Shown: positions 40,566 through 50,441, numbered from the stretch's first letter. The stretch is DNA of 64,000 nt from an uncultured Lentisphaerota bacterium (GCA_903912445.1 CAIWHP010000084.1:3621-67620), one strand, 5' to 3'. The notes: a model not told the origin generated them from the letters alone. Program-made: numbers and translations.

Positions 40566-42809
40566 ATGAAAGTCGCCGTTTGCCGTATTCCGGGACAAAA
40601 AATGACTCAACAAGATCCGATTCCATCCGATTCTTCGAAGCATGACGAGTGGTTCCTCGCCCAATTGGAAAAGCTGCCGGACATGGCGCCGGCCTTGCTG
40701 GACTTTCTCGATGCGCAGACGGCGCAGGGGCGGCTGGAGCAGGCCGATCAATGGTCCGAACTGCTGCTGGATGTGCTGGTCGAGCGCGCGGCGGTGGCCT
40801 TGGCGGTCGAATGCGTTCGTCGCCGTGCGTCGTGGTGGCCGGGCGTGCCGGAGAAGCGCGCGCTCTGGATGAAGCTCGCGCAACGGGCCCTGTCGCCGGT
40901 CCGCGAACTGCAGGGGCTCGCCAGTCACTCCGGCTTCGAGTCGCCGGTGCCGATGGCCGAATGTTTCCGCCGCCTGAAGCTCCTCTTGCTCCTGAAGCCG
41001 GGCTTGATGTGCCTCGACAAGACCTGGGGTTTTGGCGTGGTCCAGCGCGCGGACACGTTCTACGGGCGGGTGACGATCGATTTCGAGAAAAAGCGCGCCC
41101 ACGAGATGTCGCTGAGCTATGCGGCGGAGGCGCTGCAGTTGCCGGCCGCGGATCACATCCTCGTGCTGCGGCACCAGCAGCCCGACGAACTGCGCGCACT
41201 GGTCAAGGACGACGCGGCCGAGGTGGTCCGCCGGGCGCTGCGCAGTTTCGGCGCGCTGACGGCCGACGCGCTGCAGAAGCGGCTGGTGCCGGACGTCGTC
41301 GGCGAGGCCGACTGGAAGCGCTTCTGGGACGCCGCGCGCAAGGGGCTCAAGCAGGACCCGCTCGTCAAGCTGCCGGCCAAGCGCACCGAGACGATCCAGC
41401 TGCTGCAGAAGGCGCACGCCTACGATGCGGACTGGTTTGCCGTGTTTGCCAGGGAGCGTCACGTCCAGCCGATCCTCGACCACAGCGATGAACTGATCGT
41501 GGCGGGCGCCGAGGTGACGTGGAACGAGATGACGCGCGCGGCGGCCGCCGAACGGCTCGCCTTTGCGGCCAAGGGCGCCGGCCCGCGCCATCCGGCGCAG
41601 CTCGCGCGCCTGCTGATCAACGCCGACGCGCTCGGCCTGACGCTGACCGCCCAGGCCCACGTGCCCACGCCGGATGTCTTCCTGAACGCGAAATTGTTGA
41701 TCGCCACCCTGCACGATCTGCCGGTGCGGCTGGCCGCCCCGTTCCTCGACTGGCTGGCGACGAAGGATGCCGCGCGCACCGCGGAGCTGCTGCTCTCCGT
41801 TCTGCCGCAGCTCGAGCTTTCCGCGCTGACCGAGGCGATGGAACTGCTGCTCAAGAGTGACCACTCCGCGACCGCGGCGCAGACGTTCCGTGCCAGCATC
41901 GCGATGCAGAAGGCCGAGGTCGAGTTCCTGCTCTGGCTCTTCCGCCACCTTGAGCAGCTCAATGCGTGGGTGCCGGATACCTGGCCGGTGCTCGCCGGCC
42001 TGGTGCTGACGGAATTGGAGAAGGATTACATGGGCGAGCGGCTGCGGGCGCAGAACCAGCTCCGCGAGCTGGTCGAGGACGAGGCGTGGGTGCGGACCAC
42101 GCTCTCGCCGATGAGCGACGTGCAGCGCCGCGATTTCCTCGAACGCGTCAAGAAGGCGCCGAACTGGGCCGAGCTGGACCGGCGTTCGGCCATGGGCTGC
42201 ATCGTGCGGATGTTCCCCGACCTGGCCGGCGTGCTGGCGAACAAGCCGGAGGCCGTCGCGGCGCCCGCGCGCCCGGCCGTCACCGCGCGCCGCAGCTACC
42301 GCGCGCGGCAGCTGCAGTTCGAGAAGATCACCAACGTCGAGATCCCGCGGATTGCGCGCGAGATCGGCGTCGCGCGCGCCCACGGCGACTTGCGCGAGAA
42401 TTTCGAGTTCAAGGCGGCCAAGGAGATGCAGTCCGTGCTGGTGCGCCGCCAGGCGGAGCTGGAGGAGATGCTCTCCCGGATCCAGCCGAGCGACTTCCGC
42501 GACCTGCCGCGCGACCGCGCGGGCCTGGGCACATGCATCGCGCTGCTCTACGCCGACGGCCACCGCGAGACGTACAACATCCTCGGCGAGTGGGACCGCG
42601 AAGAGTCGCTGAACATCATCTCGTGCAACTCGCAGCTCGCGCTCGCGGTCGAAGGCAAGCGCGCCGGCGAAGCCGTCCGGGTGCCCGCGAACGACGGCGG
42701 CACCGAGTGCCAGCTGGCCGAGGTCGGCGACCTGCCCCCGGCGGTGCAGGCGTGGATCGTCTCCGAGCCCCCGCCGCCCGAGGATGTGGGTGCCGAGAGG
42801 ACAGCATGA
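40566..42809 (+). CDS. Large protein with complete C-terminal GreA/GreB transcript-cleavage-factor domain and about 580-aa N-terminal helical region of unknown function
   Basis: C-terminal ARAHGDLRENFEFKAAKEMQ (GreA coiled coil) and YNILGEWDREESLNIISCNSQLALAVEGKRAGEAV (FKBP-like domain). Start ATG 40566 or 40602. Stop overlaps the gtrA-like start. Confidence 0.65.
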   Translation: MKVAVCRIPGQKMTQQDPIPSDSSKHDEWFLAQLEKLPDMAPALLDFLDAQTAQGRLEQADQWSELLLDVLVERAAVALAVECVRRRASWWPGVPEKRALWMKLAQRALSPVRELQGLASHSGFESPVPMAECFRRLKLLLLLKPGLMCLDKTWGFGVVQRADTFYGRVTIDFEKKRAHEMSLSYAAEALQLPAADHILVLRHQQPDELRALVKDDAAEVVRRALRSFGALTADALQKRLVPDVVGEADWKRFWDAARKGLKQDPLVKLPAKRTETIQLLQKAHAYDADWFAVFARERHVQPILDHSDELIVAGAEVTWNEMTRAAAAERLAFAAKGAGPRHPAQLARLLINADALGLTLTAQAHVPTPDVFLNAKLLIATLHDLPVRLAAPFLDWLATKDAARTAELLLSVLPQLELSALTEAMELLLKSDHSATAAQTFRASIAMQKAEVEFLLWLFRHLEQLNAWVPDTWPVLAGLVLTELEKDYMGERLRAQNQLRELVEDEAWVRTTLSPMSDVQRRDFLERVKKAPNWAELDRRSAMGCIVRMFPDLAGVLANKPEAVAAPARPAVTARRSYRARQLQFEKITNVEIPRIAREIGVARAHGDLRENFEFKAAKEMQSVLVRRQAELEEMLSRIQPSDFRDLPRDRAGLGTCIALLYADGHRETYNILGEWDREESLNIISCNSQLALAVEGKRAGEAVRVPANDGGTECQLAEVGDLPPAVQAWIVSEPPPPEDVGAERTA

Positions 42810-43300
42810 AGCACCTGCTCAAGCAGTTCACGCAGCGCGAGGCCAACGTCCACATCCAGTTCATCAAGTACGCCATCGCCGGCGGCATCGCCACGGCGGT
42901 GGACATGGTGACGTTCTCGCTCTGCGCGTGGCTGCTGCTGCCGGCGCTGTCGGAGAACGAGTGGATCGTGAAGCTGTTTCATATCCAGGTGCCGGTGATG
43001 AGCGACCAGGTGCGCGCGTGGCACTTCGTCGCCTGTACGGCGATCGCGTTCTGCTTCTCGAACACCACGGCCTATATCATTGACGTCCTCTGGGTATTTC
43101 ATCCCGGCCGTCATTCACGCCTCAAGGAGTTCCTCCTGTTCTTCGGCGTTTCGCTCACCTCGACCTTCGTCGGCACCGGCCTCGGCTGGATGCTGATCCG
43201 TTGGATGGGCTGGGGTGCGGCCATGTCCTACATCGCCAAAGTCGGCGCCGCGCTGGCCATCAACTACGCTGGCCGCAAGTTCTTCGTCTTCCAGCGGTGA
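42806..43300 (+). CDS. GtrA family membrane protein
   Basis: IKYAIAGGIATAVD ... NYAGRKFFVF; 4 TM helices. Confidence 0.7.
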   Translation: MKHLLKQFTQREANVHIQFIKYAIAGGIATAVDMVTFSLCAWLLLPALSENEWIVKLFHIQVPVMSDQVRAWHFVACTAIAFCFSNTTAYIIDVLWVFHPGRHSRLKEFLLFFGVSLTSTFVGTGLGWMLIRWMGWGAAMSYIAKVGAALAINYAGRKFFVFQR

Positions 43301-43303
43301 CCC

Positions 43304-44842
43304 ATGGCCCTTCCGCGCGCCAGCGGAATTCTGCTGCATCCGACCTCGCTGCCGGGCCCGTGGGGCATCGGCGAGCTCGGCCCGCAGGCCGCCGCCTTCG
43401 TCCGCGACCTCGCCGCGATGCGCCAAAAATATTGGCAGGTCCTGCCGCTCGGTCCGACCGGCTACGGCGACTCGCCCTATCAATCCTTCTCCAGTTTCGC
43501 CGGCAATCCGCTGCTGATCAGCTTCGATGCGTTGCTCGCCGATGGTTTGCTGACGCGCGCCGAGCTGGAAAAGTTCCCCGTGCTGCCGGAAGACCGCGTG
43601 GATTTCGGCGCCGTCATCCCGGCCCGCTACGCCGTGCTTCGCGCCGTCACCGCCGCGTTTGCGCAGCGCGCCTCCGCCGCGCTGCAAGACGAGTTCCGCC
43701 GCTTCTGCGCGCGGCACGCCGGCTGGCTCGATGACTACGCTTTGTTCATGGCGCTCAAGGCCGCGCACGGCGGCGGCTCGTGGACCGGCTGGCCCGCGGC
43801 ATATGCGCGCCGTGACCCGGCCGCGCTCGCCGCCGCGCGCGAACGCTGGCGCACCGAGATCGACGACGTGCGCATCCTGCAATTCCTCTTTGACCGCCAG
43901 TGGCAGGCGTTGCGCCAGCTCGCGCGGCAGCAGGGCATCCAGGTGATCGGCGACGCGCCGATCTTCGTCGCCCAGGACAGCGCCGATGTCTGGGCCAACC
44001 GGGAGCTTTTCTACCTCGACGAGGCCGGCCGCCCGACGGCGGTCGCCGGCGTGCCGCCGGATTATTTCAGCGCCACCGGCCAGCTCTGGGGCAATCCCCT
44101 CTACCGCTGGGACGCGCACGCCGCGACCGGCTACGCGTGGTGGCTTGCGCGCCTGCGCCGCACGCTGGAGCTGGTGGACCTCGTGCGGCTCGATCATTTT
44201 CGCGGCTTCGAGGCCTACTGGGAAGTTCCCGCCGGCGAGCCGACGGCGATCCACGGCCGCTGGGTGCAAGGCCCAGGCGCGCCGTTCCTCGCCGCGCTGC
44301 GCGACGCGCTGGGCGGATTGCCGTTGATCGCCGAGGATCTCGGGCTGATCACCGACGCCGTCCACCGCCTGCGCGACGAGTTCGCGCTGCCGGGGATGCG
44401 CATCCTGCAATTCAGCTTCGGCCATCTGGGGCGCGAGCCGCAGCAGCTGCCGGAGGCGTTTCCGGAAAATTGCGCCGTCTATTCCGGCACGCACGACAAC
44501 GACACCACCTGCGGCTGGTTTCACGCCGCGCCCGGCGCGAGCGACACGCGCGCCGGCGATGCCGTCCTCGCCGAGCGCGCCTACATCCTGAAATATCTCC
44601 ACAAGCGCAAAGCCACCGACATCCACTGGGCCTTCATCAGGCTCGCCTTTCAGAATCAGGCGCGGCTCGCCATCGTGCCGCTGCAGGACGTGCTCGGGCT
44701 CGGCTCCGAGGCGCGGATGAACACGCCCGGCATTCCCGGCGGCAACTGGCAGTGGCGCCTGGGCCGCGGCGCGCTCACCCGCGCGCTGAAGAATCGCCTC
44801 GCCCTCCTGACCGTGGCGACCGGCCGCGCCAGCCACGCGTAG
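43304..44842 (+). CDS. malQ: 4-alpha-glucanotransferase (amylomaltase, GH77)
   Basis: GILLHPTSLPG, YGDSPYQS, GDAPIFVA, LGNPLY, HDNDT motifs. Confidence 0.85.
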   Translation: MALPRASGILLHPTSLPGPWGIGELGPQAAAFVRDLAAMRQKYWQVLPLGPTGYGDSPYQSFSSFAGNPLLISFDALLADGLLTRAELEKFPVLPEDRVDFGAVIPARYAVLRAVTAAFAQRASAALQDEFRRFCARHAGWLDDYALFMALKAAHGGGSWTGWPAAYARRDPAALAAARERWRTEIDDVRILQFLFDRQWQALRQLARQQGIQVIGDAPIFVAQDSADVWANRELFYLDEAGRPTAVAGVPPDYFSATGQLWGNPLYRWDAHAATGYAWWLARLRRTLELVDLVRLDHFRGFEAYWEVPAGEPTAIHGRWVQGPGAPFLAALRDALGGLPLIAEDLGLITDAVHRLRDEFALPGMRILQFSFGHLGREPQQLPEAFPENCAVYSGTHDNDTTCGWFHAAPGASDTRAGDAVLAERAYILKYLHKRKATDIHWAFIRLAFQNQARLAIVPLQDVLGLGSEARMNTPGIPGGNWQWRLGRGALTRALKNRLALLTVATGRASHA

Positions 44843-44939
44843 AGGAGAGGTGCGGTCGGCTGCCCTGGGTTTCGGGGCGTCGCGTGCAGTTCAAGGTTGA
44901 GAAGCAACGCGCCGTTGGCTACAAAGCTCGCACCACCGC

Positions 44940-46067
44940 ATGAAGATTTTGCTAATAGAGTTCCGCGACATCACCCATCCCGAGGCGGGCGGCGCCGAGG
45001 TGGTGCTGCAGCAGGTGTTCCGGCGGATCGCCGCCGCCGGGCACCAGGTGGATTATCTCTGCAACCATTACCCCGGCGCCGCGCGCGAGGAAAGGCGCGA
45101 CGGCATCCGCATCATCCGGCGCGGGCGGCAGCCCTATTTCAATTTCTTCGTCCCGTGGGTCTATCATCGCGAGCTGCGGCGGAACGGCTACGACGTGATT
45201 GTCGAGGGCATCGACAAGGTCCCGTTCAACATGCCTTGGTTCGAGCGGCGTGTGCCGGTGGTGTGCATCGTGCCGCACCTGTTCGGCACCACGGTCTTCC
45301 GCGAGGCCTCGAAGCCGGTCGCCGCCTACGTCTATCTGCTGGAGCGCTCGATCTCCCGCGCCTACCGCCACTGCCTGTTTTCCGTGCTTTCCGACAGCAC
45401 CAAGGCCGACCTCACCGGGCGGGGCATCCCCGCCGCGCAGGTGCGCGTGATCCGCAGCGGACTCACGCAGGACGACTACAGCGCGCCCGCGGCCAAGCCG
45501 GCGGGCGATCACCCCGTCATCCTCTATGTCGGCCGCCTCAAGCGCTACAAGGGCATCGAGCTGGGCTTCGAGGCGGTGCGGCAGCTGCGCGCCAAGCATC
45601 CGCGCATCGAATATGCGATCGTGGGCGGTGGCGATTATCTGCCGGAGCTGAAGCGGCAGGTCGCCGCGCTCGGACTCGAGGGGCACGTCAGCTTCCGCGG
45701 TTACGTGGAGCACGCCGAGAAGGTGGCGCTGTTGCAGCGGGCGTCCGTGCTGATCTACACCTCGCCCAAGGAAGGCTGGGGCCTGTCGGTCATCGAGGCC
45801 AACGCATGCGGCACGCCGGTGGTCGCCAGCGACGCGCCGGGGCTGCGCGAGTCGGTGAAGCACGGCGAGACGGGGTTTCTCGTGCCGCACGGCGATGCCA
45901 CCGCGCTGGCGCAGCGGATCGACCAGCTGCTCTCCGACGGCGCGCTCTACGCCGCCTTCCGCCAGAACGGTCTGGCGTGGGCGCACTCGTTCACGTGGGA
46001 ACGCGCCAGCGCCGAGACGCTCGCCCTGCTCGAAGAGGCCCGCCTCCGCGGCCCGGTCCACGCCTAA
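44940..46067 (+). CDS. Family 4 (GT-B) glycosyltransferase
   Basis: EGWGLSVIEANACGTPVVASD ... ETGFLV. Confidence 0.8.
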   Translation: MKILLIEFRDITHPEAGGAEVVLQQVFRRIAAAGHQVDYLCNHYPGAAREERRDGIRIIRRGRQPYFNFFVPWVYHRELRRNGYDVIVEGIDKVPFNMPWFERRVPVVCIVPHLFGTTVFREASKPVAAYVYLLERSISRAYRHCLFSVLSDSTKADLTGRGIPAAQVRVIRSGLTQDDYSAPAAKPAGDHPVILYVGRLKRYKGIELGFEAVRQLRAKHPRIEYAIVGGGDYLPELKRQVAALGLEGHVSFRGYVEHAEKVALLQRASVLIYTSPKEGWGLSVIEANACGTPVVASDAPGLRESVKHGETGFLVPHGDATALAQRIDQLLSDGALYAAFRQNGLAWAHSFTWERASAETLALLEEARLRGPVHA

Positions 46068-46098
46068 ACCCGAAACAAAGTATGGCGCAAGCGCGGGT

Positions 46099-46127
46099 TT
46101 GACGGGCTGCGGATTTCTCCGCATACT
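46099..46127 (+). promoter_or_regulatory. Sigma70-like promoter candidate TTGACG-N17-CATACT
   Basis: Sequence match only, 60-80 bp upstream of the 46187/46205 start. Confidence 0.3.
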
Positions 46128-46204
46128 GCGGCCGCGCTTTGTGGCGCCGGTGGGGCACCCGGATGGCGCCCCGCGCGGCACCCGATATGCTTTCAACAGG
46201 CAGC

Positions 46205-46663
46205 ATGGAAACGACACGCATCGCAATTTGGAAACGGCCCAATCCGCTCGAATGGATCGCCTTCTGGCAGTTTATGGGCTTCCTGCTGCTGGTGGCGGTG
46301 GTCTGGGTGGACCAGGTGCTGGATCTGCAGGAGGTCTTCTTTGGTGTGGCGCGCACCAAGGATTCGTGGCTGGGCGCGACGCTCCTGACGGTGGCGATCA
46401 TCCTCATCGGGTTCATCACGATCGCCCACACGTTCGTCCAGCAGCGGCACGCGCTGCACGGTTTTCTGCGCATCTGCACCTACTGCAAGCGGATCAAGCT
46501 CGACAACCAGAAGTGGGAGCAGATGGAGAAGTATGTGTCGGACCGCTCGCGCGCCGAGTTCTCGCACGGCATCTGCCCCGACTGCTTCCGGCGCACCGTG
46601 GCGGACCTGGAGGCGCAGGGCCTGATGGCACCCGAGCCCGCCGAAAGAAAAGATCATGCCTGA
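46205..46663 (+). CDS. Small membrane protein with C-terminal CxxC...CxxC zinc-ribbon
   Basis: 2-3 TM helices then CTYCKRIK...x24...CPDCFRR; alternative ATG 46187. Confidence 0.5.
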   Translation: METTRIAIWKRPNPLEWIAFWQFMGFLLLVAVVWVDQVLDLQEVFFGVARTKDSWLGATLLTVAIILIGFITIAHTFVQQRHALHGFLRICTYCKRIKLDNQKWEQMEKYVSDRSRAEFSHGICPDCFRRTVADLEAQGLMAPEPAERKDHA

Positions 46664-47681
46664 ACAAACCCTTGGTCGATTGCTCGCCGGTGCCCCCGAG
46701 GCCCTCGCGCGCGGCGCCGCCCGTTTCGCGGCGCAGCCGGTGGATTGGGATCTGCTGGCGGAGCCGGCCGCGCCGCTGCCGGCGCGGCAGACGACGCTCC
46801 AGCGAGCCTTCACCGTCGAAGGCCCGGGCACCTTCCTCGGCCGGCACCTGCGCCGGCTGACGTTCGAGCCGCGCGAGACCGGCGGCTGGTGGATCCAGCG
46901 CGACGATCAGACCGATGCCTTGCCCTTCAACGTGGCGGCGCGCAACGTGTGGACCACCGGGGACGTGGTCAGCAACATCGTCCTGCGCGCCGGCCCGCTG
47001 CACAACTATCTGCGCATGGTCGAGCACATCATCGCGCTCAAGGTCGGGCTGGGGCTCGACCACGTGCTGGTCCGCACCGAGGCCGGCGATCCGCCGCTCT
47101 TCGCGCGCGGCAGCCTCGACCTCGTCGAGGGCATCGAAAAGGCCGGGCTGCGGGAGCTCGCGGCGCCCGCGGAATATTGGACGGTGAAGGAGCCGGTCGT
47201 GATGTGCACGCCGTCCGGCGCCTTCCTCGCGCTCGCTCCGTGCCGCGGCGCGCAGCCGGAACTGCGGCTGGATTGCGCCGTGGATTTCCCGAACGCCCTA
47301 GGCCGGCAGCGCATCCGCTTCCGCGTCAATCCCGCGCTGACGCGCTACGCCTCCGAGGCGCGCACGAACACGCCGCTGTGGAAAATGTTTTACTGCAAGA
47401 CGGTCGGGAAACTCTTCGCCGACATCCGCCACCTGGGCTACACGACGGAAAACATCCTGATCGCCGGCCGCAACAGCTACTACAACACGCCGCGGCTGCT
47501 GCACGAGGGCAAGAGCCTGGAGGCGGTCTGGCACCGGGCCGTGCTCGACCTCCTCGCCGCGATCGCGCTGATCGAGGAAGGCCGTTTCTGCGGCGAGATC
47601 ACCTCGTTCAAGGCCGGGCACCACCTCGATGTGCAGCTGGTCTGCCAGCTCTACCGGCACGGGCTGCTGCGGAAATTCTGA
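46656..47681 (+). CDS. LpxC-like (UDP-3-O-acyl-GlcNAc deacetylase family) protein, paralog embedded in the glycoconjugate cluster
   Basis: MVEHIIALKVGLGLDHVLVRTEAGDPPLFARGS resembles the LpxC HTxEHLLAAL.GLGIDN..IE....E.PIMDGS; SFKAGHHLDVQLV resembles the LpxC HH..N motif. Confidence 0.6.
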   Translation: MPEQTLGRLLAGAPEALARGAARFAAQPVDWDLLAEPAAPLPARQTTLQRAFTVEGPGTFLGRHLRRLTFEPRETGGWWIQRDDQTDALPFNVAARNVWTTGDVVSNIVLRAGPLHNYLRMVEHIIALKVGLGLDHVLVRTEAGDPPLFARGSLDLVEGIEKAGLRELAAPAEYWTVKEPVVMCTPSGAFLALAPCRGAQPELRLDCAVDFPNALGRQRIRFRVNPALTRYASEARTNTPLWKMFYCKTVGKLFADIRHLGYTTENILIAGRNSYYNTPRLLHEGKSLEAVWHRAVLDLLAAIALIEEGRFCGEITSFKAGHHLDVQLVCQLYRHGLLRKF

Positions 47682-47696
47682 CGCCGGGACGCGCCC

Positions 47697-48824
47697 ATGC
47701 TGCAACTCTGCCCTGCGCTGATGGACTGGCTGCTGTTCCTGACGATGTTCGCCATCCTCTACGGCGCCGGCGCCCACGGCTTTTCGCCCGCGCAGTGGAC
47801 CTGGCTGGGCGTGCTCATGCAAATCACCTACCTGCTGGGCAGCCTCGCCACCGGCCACCTGCTCACGCCGCGCACGACGCGTCCGCTGCTGCTCGGCAGC
47901 ACGCTGGCGAGCATCGCGCTGATGACCGCCGCGCTCTGGGCGCAGAGCTTCGTCCCGCTCGCGGCGTTGAGCGCGGGCATCGGGCTGTTCGCGGCGGTTT
48001 TCTTTACGGCGTTCCAGACCTTCATGCGCCTCGTCGCCCCGCCGGACCAGCTCCATCGCACGGCGGGCATCTATACCTGTTCCTGGAGCCTGGGCGCGGG
48101 CCTGGGGTTCCTCTCGGCGGGCAGCCTCTACAGCTTTGGCCCGGGCGGTTTGACCGCCCTCACGCTGCTGGTCGGCGGGGTGATGCTCGCCATCCTGCTC
48201 TCCAGGCACGCGCCCGCGCAATCCGTCGCCGGTGCGGAACCGCCCGCCGGCGCCCCGGAAACGGCGCACGTGCCGGAAGCCATCCGGCGCCGGTATGTCT
48301 GGATCGGCTGGCTGCTGATTTTCATCGTCGTGTTCGCCCTGCGGCCCGTGCAGACCTTCCTGCCGCCGCTCGGCGCGACGGCGCACCGCTCGGCGCTGCT
48401 GACCACGCTGCCGCTCTTCCTGCAGATCACCCTGCAGGGGCTGGCCGGCTACGCCATGCACACGCAAACCCGCTGGCTCTATCGCCGCACGCCGCTCGTG
48501 CTGCTGCAGGTGGGCGCGGCGCTCGTCTTCGTCGCGCTCGCCTGGGCGCCATCCGCCGCGGCGCTCGTCGGGCTGCCGCTGATCGGCCTCTGGTGCGGCT
48601 ACGCCTATTTCCAGGCCGTCTACTATTCCAGCAACGCCGGGCGGCGCGCGTGGAACCTGGGCGTCAACGAATTCCTCGTCGGCGGGGCGGCGCTGCTCGG
48701 GCTGTTTGCCGTAGAATTTTTCATGAAGCACACCGCGCGGCCCGAGACCGCGCTCTACCTCTGCGCCGCCGGCAGCCTGCTGGTGGCCGCGTTCGCGCTC
48801 GCCGCCCTTGCTCCGCGCCGTTGA
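47697..48824 (+). CDS. MFS-type transporter-like integral membrane protein
   Basis: About 12 predicted TM helices; 375 aa. Confidence 0.55.
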   Translation: MLQLCPALMDWLLFLTMFAILYGAGAHGFSPAQWTWLGVLMQITYLLGSLATGHLLTPRTTRPLLLGSTLASIALMTAALWAQSFVPLAALSAGIGLFAAVFFTAFQTFMRLVAPPDQLHRTAGIYTCSWSLGAGLGFLSAGSLYSFGPGGLTALTLLVGGVMLAILLSRHAPAQSVAGAEPPAGAPETAHVPEAIRRRYVWIGWLLIFIVVFALRPVQTFLPPLGATAHRSALLTTLPLFLQITLQGLAGYAMHTQTRWLYRRTPLVLLQVGAALVFVALAWAPSAAALVGLPLIGLWCGYAYFQAVYYSSNAGRRAWNLGVNEFLVGGAALLGLFAVEFFMKHTARPETALYLCAAGSLLVAAFALAALAPRR

Positions 48825-48852
48825 GTGCAGGGTTGGAAACCGCCACGACGGC

Positions 48853-48878
48853 GCTGCCCTGGCGCGGCAGCCTTTATC
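48853..48878 (+). terminator. Terminator-like hairpin gctgcc-ctggcgc-ggcagc followed by CTTTATC
   Basis: 6-bp stem and a weak U-rich tail, between convergent genes. Confidence 0.3.
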
Positions 48879-48932
48879 AATCGAGGGTCTGCGCGGGCGC
48901 GCCGCGCTGCGCCGCTGGGGCCTGCGGTGCGT

Positions 48933-49799
48933 TCAGCGGCTGGGCGCGCCGGGGGGCGGGGTGTAGTCGGCCGGGTAGCCGCCGCGGGCCTGCGCATAGG
49001 CGGCCATGGCGGCCGGCAGCAGTTCCAGCAGCGCCTCGTAACGCGCTTTGTCGGAGGGGTGATCGGCGAACAGGTTGAAGCCGGAGCCGCCCACGGCGCC
49101 GCCGCCCTTCTGGCCTTGCTGCATCGCGCGCTGCCAGATGCGCGGCGCGGCGCGCGGGTCGTAGCCGGCCTTGGCCATGTACATCAGCCCGACGGCGTCG
49201 GCCTGCGCCTCGTCCTTGCGCGAGTACGCCGGCAGGGCCAGCGCGCCGGTTAGCGCAAAGCCCGCGGCCAGCACCTGCGCCCACTCCTGCTGGTCCCTGA
49301 CCTCCAGCACCGCCGCCCCCACCTCGGCGGCCAGCACGAAGGGCGTGATGACGCTCAGCCGTTTGGTGGTGTGCCGGCAGTTGACGTGTGCGAGCTCGTG
49401 GGCCATGACGGCGGCCATCTCGTTCTCGTCGCGCACGAGGCCTTTCTGCGGGTGATAGAGCCCCTCGAAGACCATCATCGGGCCGCCGGGGAACGCGGCG
49501 GCGTTGACAATGTTGGTGTGGAAGATCGTGACCGTGTACGGCATGTTCGGCAGGTGGGTCACCGCGCCGATGCGGTGGACGATCGTGTTGAGTTGCGCCA
49601 CGCGGACTGGGTCGGCATTGATCGGGCAGCGCGCCTTCTTCATCTGCGCGGCATTCTGCGCCATCGCCTGCGTGCCCAGGCGGATATCGTCGTCAAGGGT
49701 GTAGTAGTTATAGGCCGAGCGGCCCGTCACCGGATCCGTCGCGCAGCCGGCGAGGCCCAGCAGCGCGAGCGAAAGCACAAACTGGAACAGCTTTTTCAT
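48933..49799 (-). CDS. M48 family zinc metallopeptidase lipoprotein
   Basis: ATG 49799 (MKKLFQFVLSLALLGLAGC lipobox); HELAHVNCRH (HExxH). Confidence 0.75.
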   Translation of the reverse strand: MKKLFQFVLSLALLGLAGCATDPVTGRSAYNYYTLDDDIRLGTQAMAQNAAQMKKARCPINADPVRVAQLNTIVHRIGAVTHLPNMPYTVTIFHTNIVNAAAFPGGPMMVFEGLYHPQKGLVRDENEMAAVMAHELAHVNCRHTTKRLSVITPFVLAAEVGAAVLEVRDQQEWAQVLAAGFALTGALALPAYSRKDEAQADAVGLMYMAKAGYDPRAAPRIWQRAMQQGQKGGGAVGGSGFNLFADHPSDKARYEALLELLPAAMAAYAQARGGYPADYTPPPGAPSR

Positions 49800-50021
49800 C
49801 AACGGGTCCAAACCGTACCGGCGAACGCAGCAACGTAGCCGGACACTACACCCAATGACAAGATTTTCCATGCGGCAGGTGCCCACCGTTCCCTTCCATG
49901 GCCCACCGCGGGCTGGCGCTCAGGCCGCACGCCAGGCCGTGTCGTTTTCCACTGCCCGGGAAATACAGCCTTGGCGTCAGCGGCGTTGTACGATATGTGG
50001 GAGCTTCACTGGAGACAATCC

Positions 50022-50430
50022 ATGAACAGGCGATGGTTGATCTGCTTGCTGGCTTTTGTGTCGGCCGCACACGGCGTCGGCGTTGCGCCACTAGTGCCCG
50101 AACCCGTGCGGCAAAAGGGCGTAGATGCGCTGCAATCCCTGCCGAAAGCCGGGTGGCGTTTCGGTGGCGGAGTGGCGCTGCGTCTGGACGCAAACATTGA
50201 CCAGTGGCTGCTGCACGCGCCGGAGGCGAACCCGGCGACGGTCGAGATGTTTCGACTGCGCGACCGCCGCAGTGCCCACCGTTGTCGCCACGCAAGCCCG
50301 CGCCTGCGCGCTCGGCGGCAACCCTGCGTACACCGGCGCGCCGGAATTCCTCGCCGCCGATTTCGCCGACCTCCTGATCCGCAACCGCGCCTCGTCAGAC
50401 GAAGAAATCGCCGCGCTAAAGCACCCTTAG
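50022..50430 (+). pseudogene. Small secreted-protein ORF apparently split by a frameshift near 50260
   Basis: Frame A: MNRRWLICLLAFVSAAHGVGV...PATVEMF. Frame B continues protein-like ...TVVATQARACALGGNPAYTGAPEFLAADFADLLIRNRASSDEEIAALKHP to the TAG at 50428. Confidence 0.3.
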
Positions 50431-50441
50431 TCGTAGCCGGT

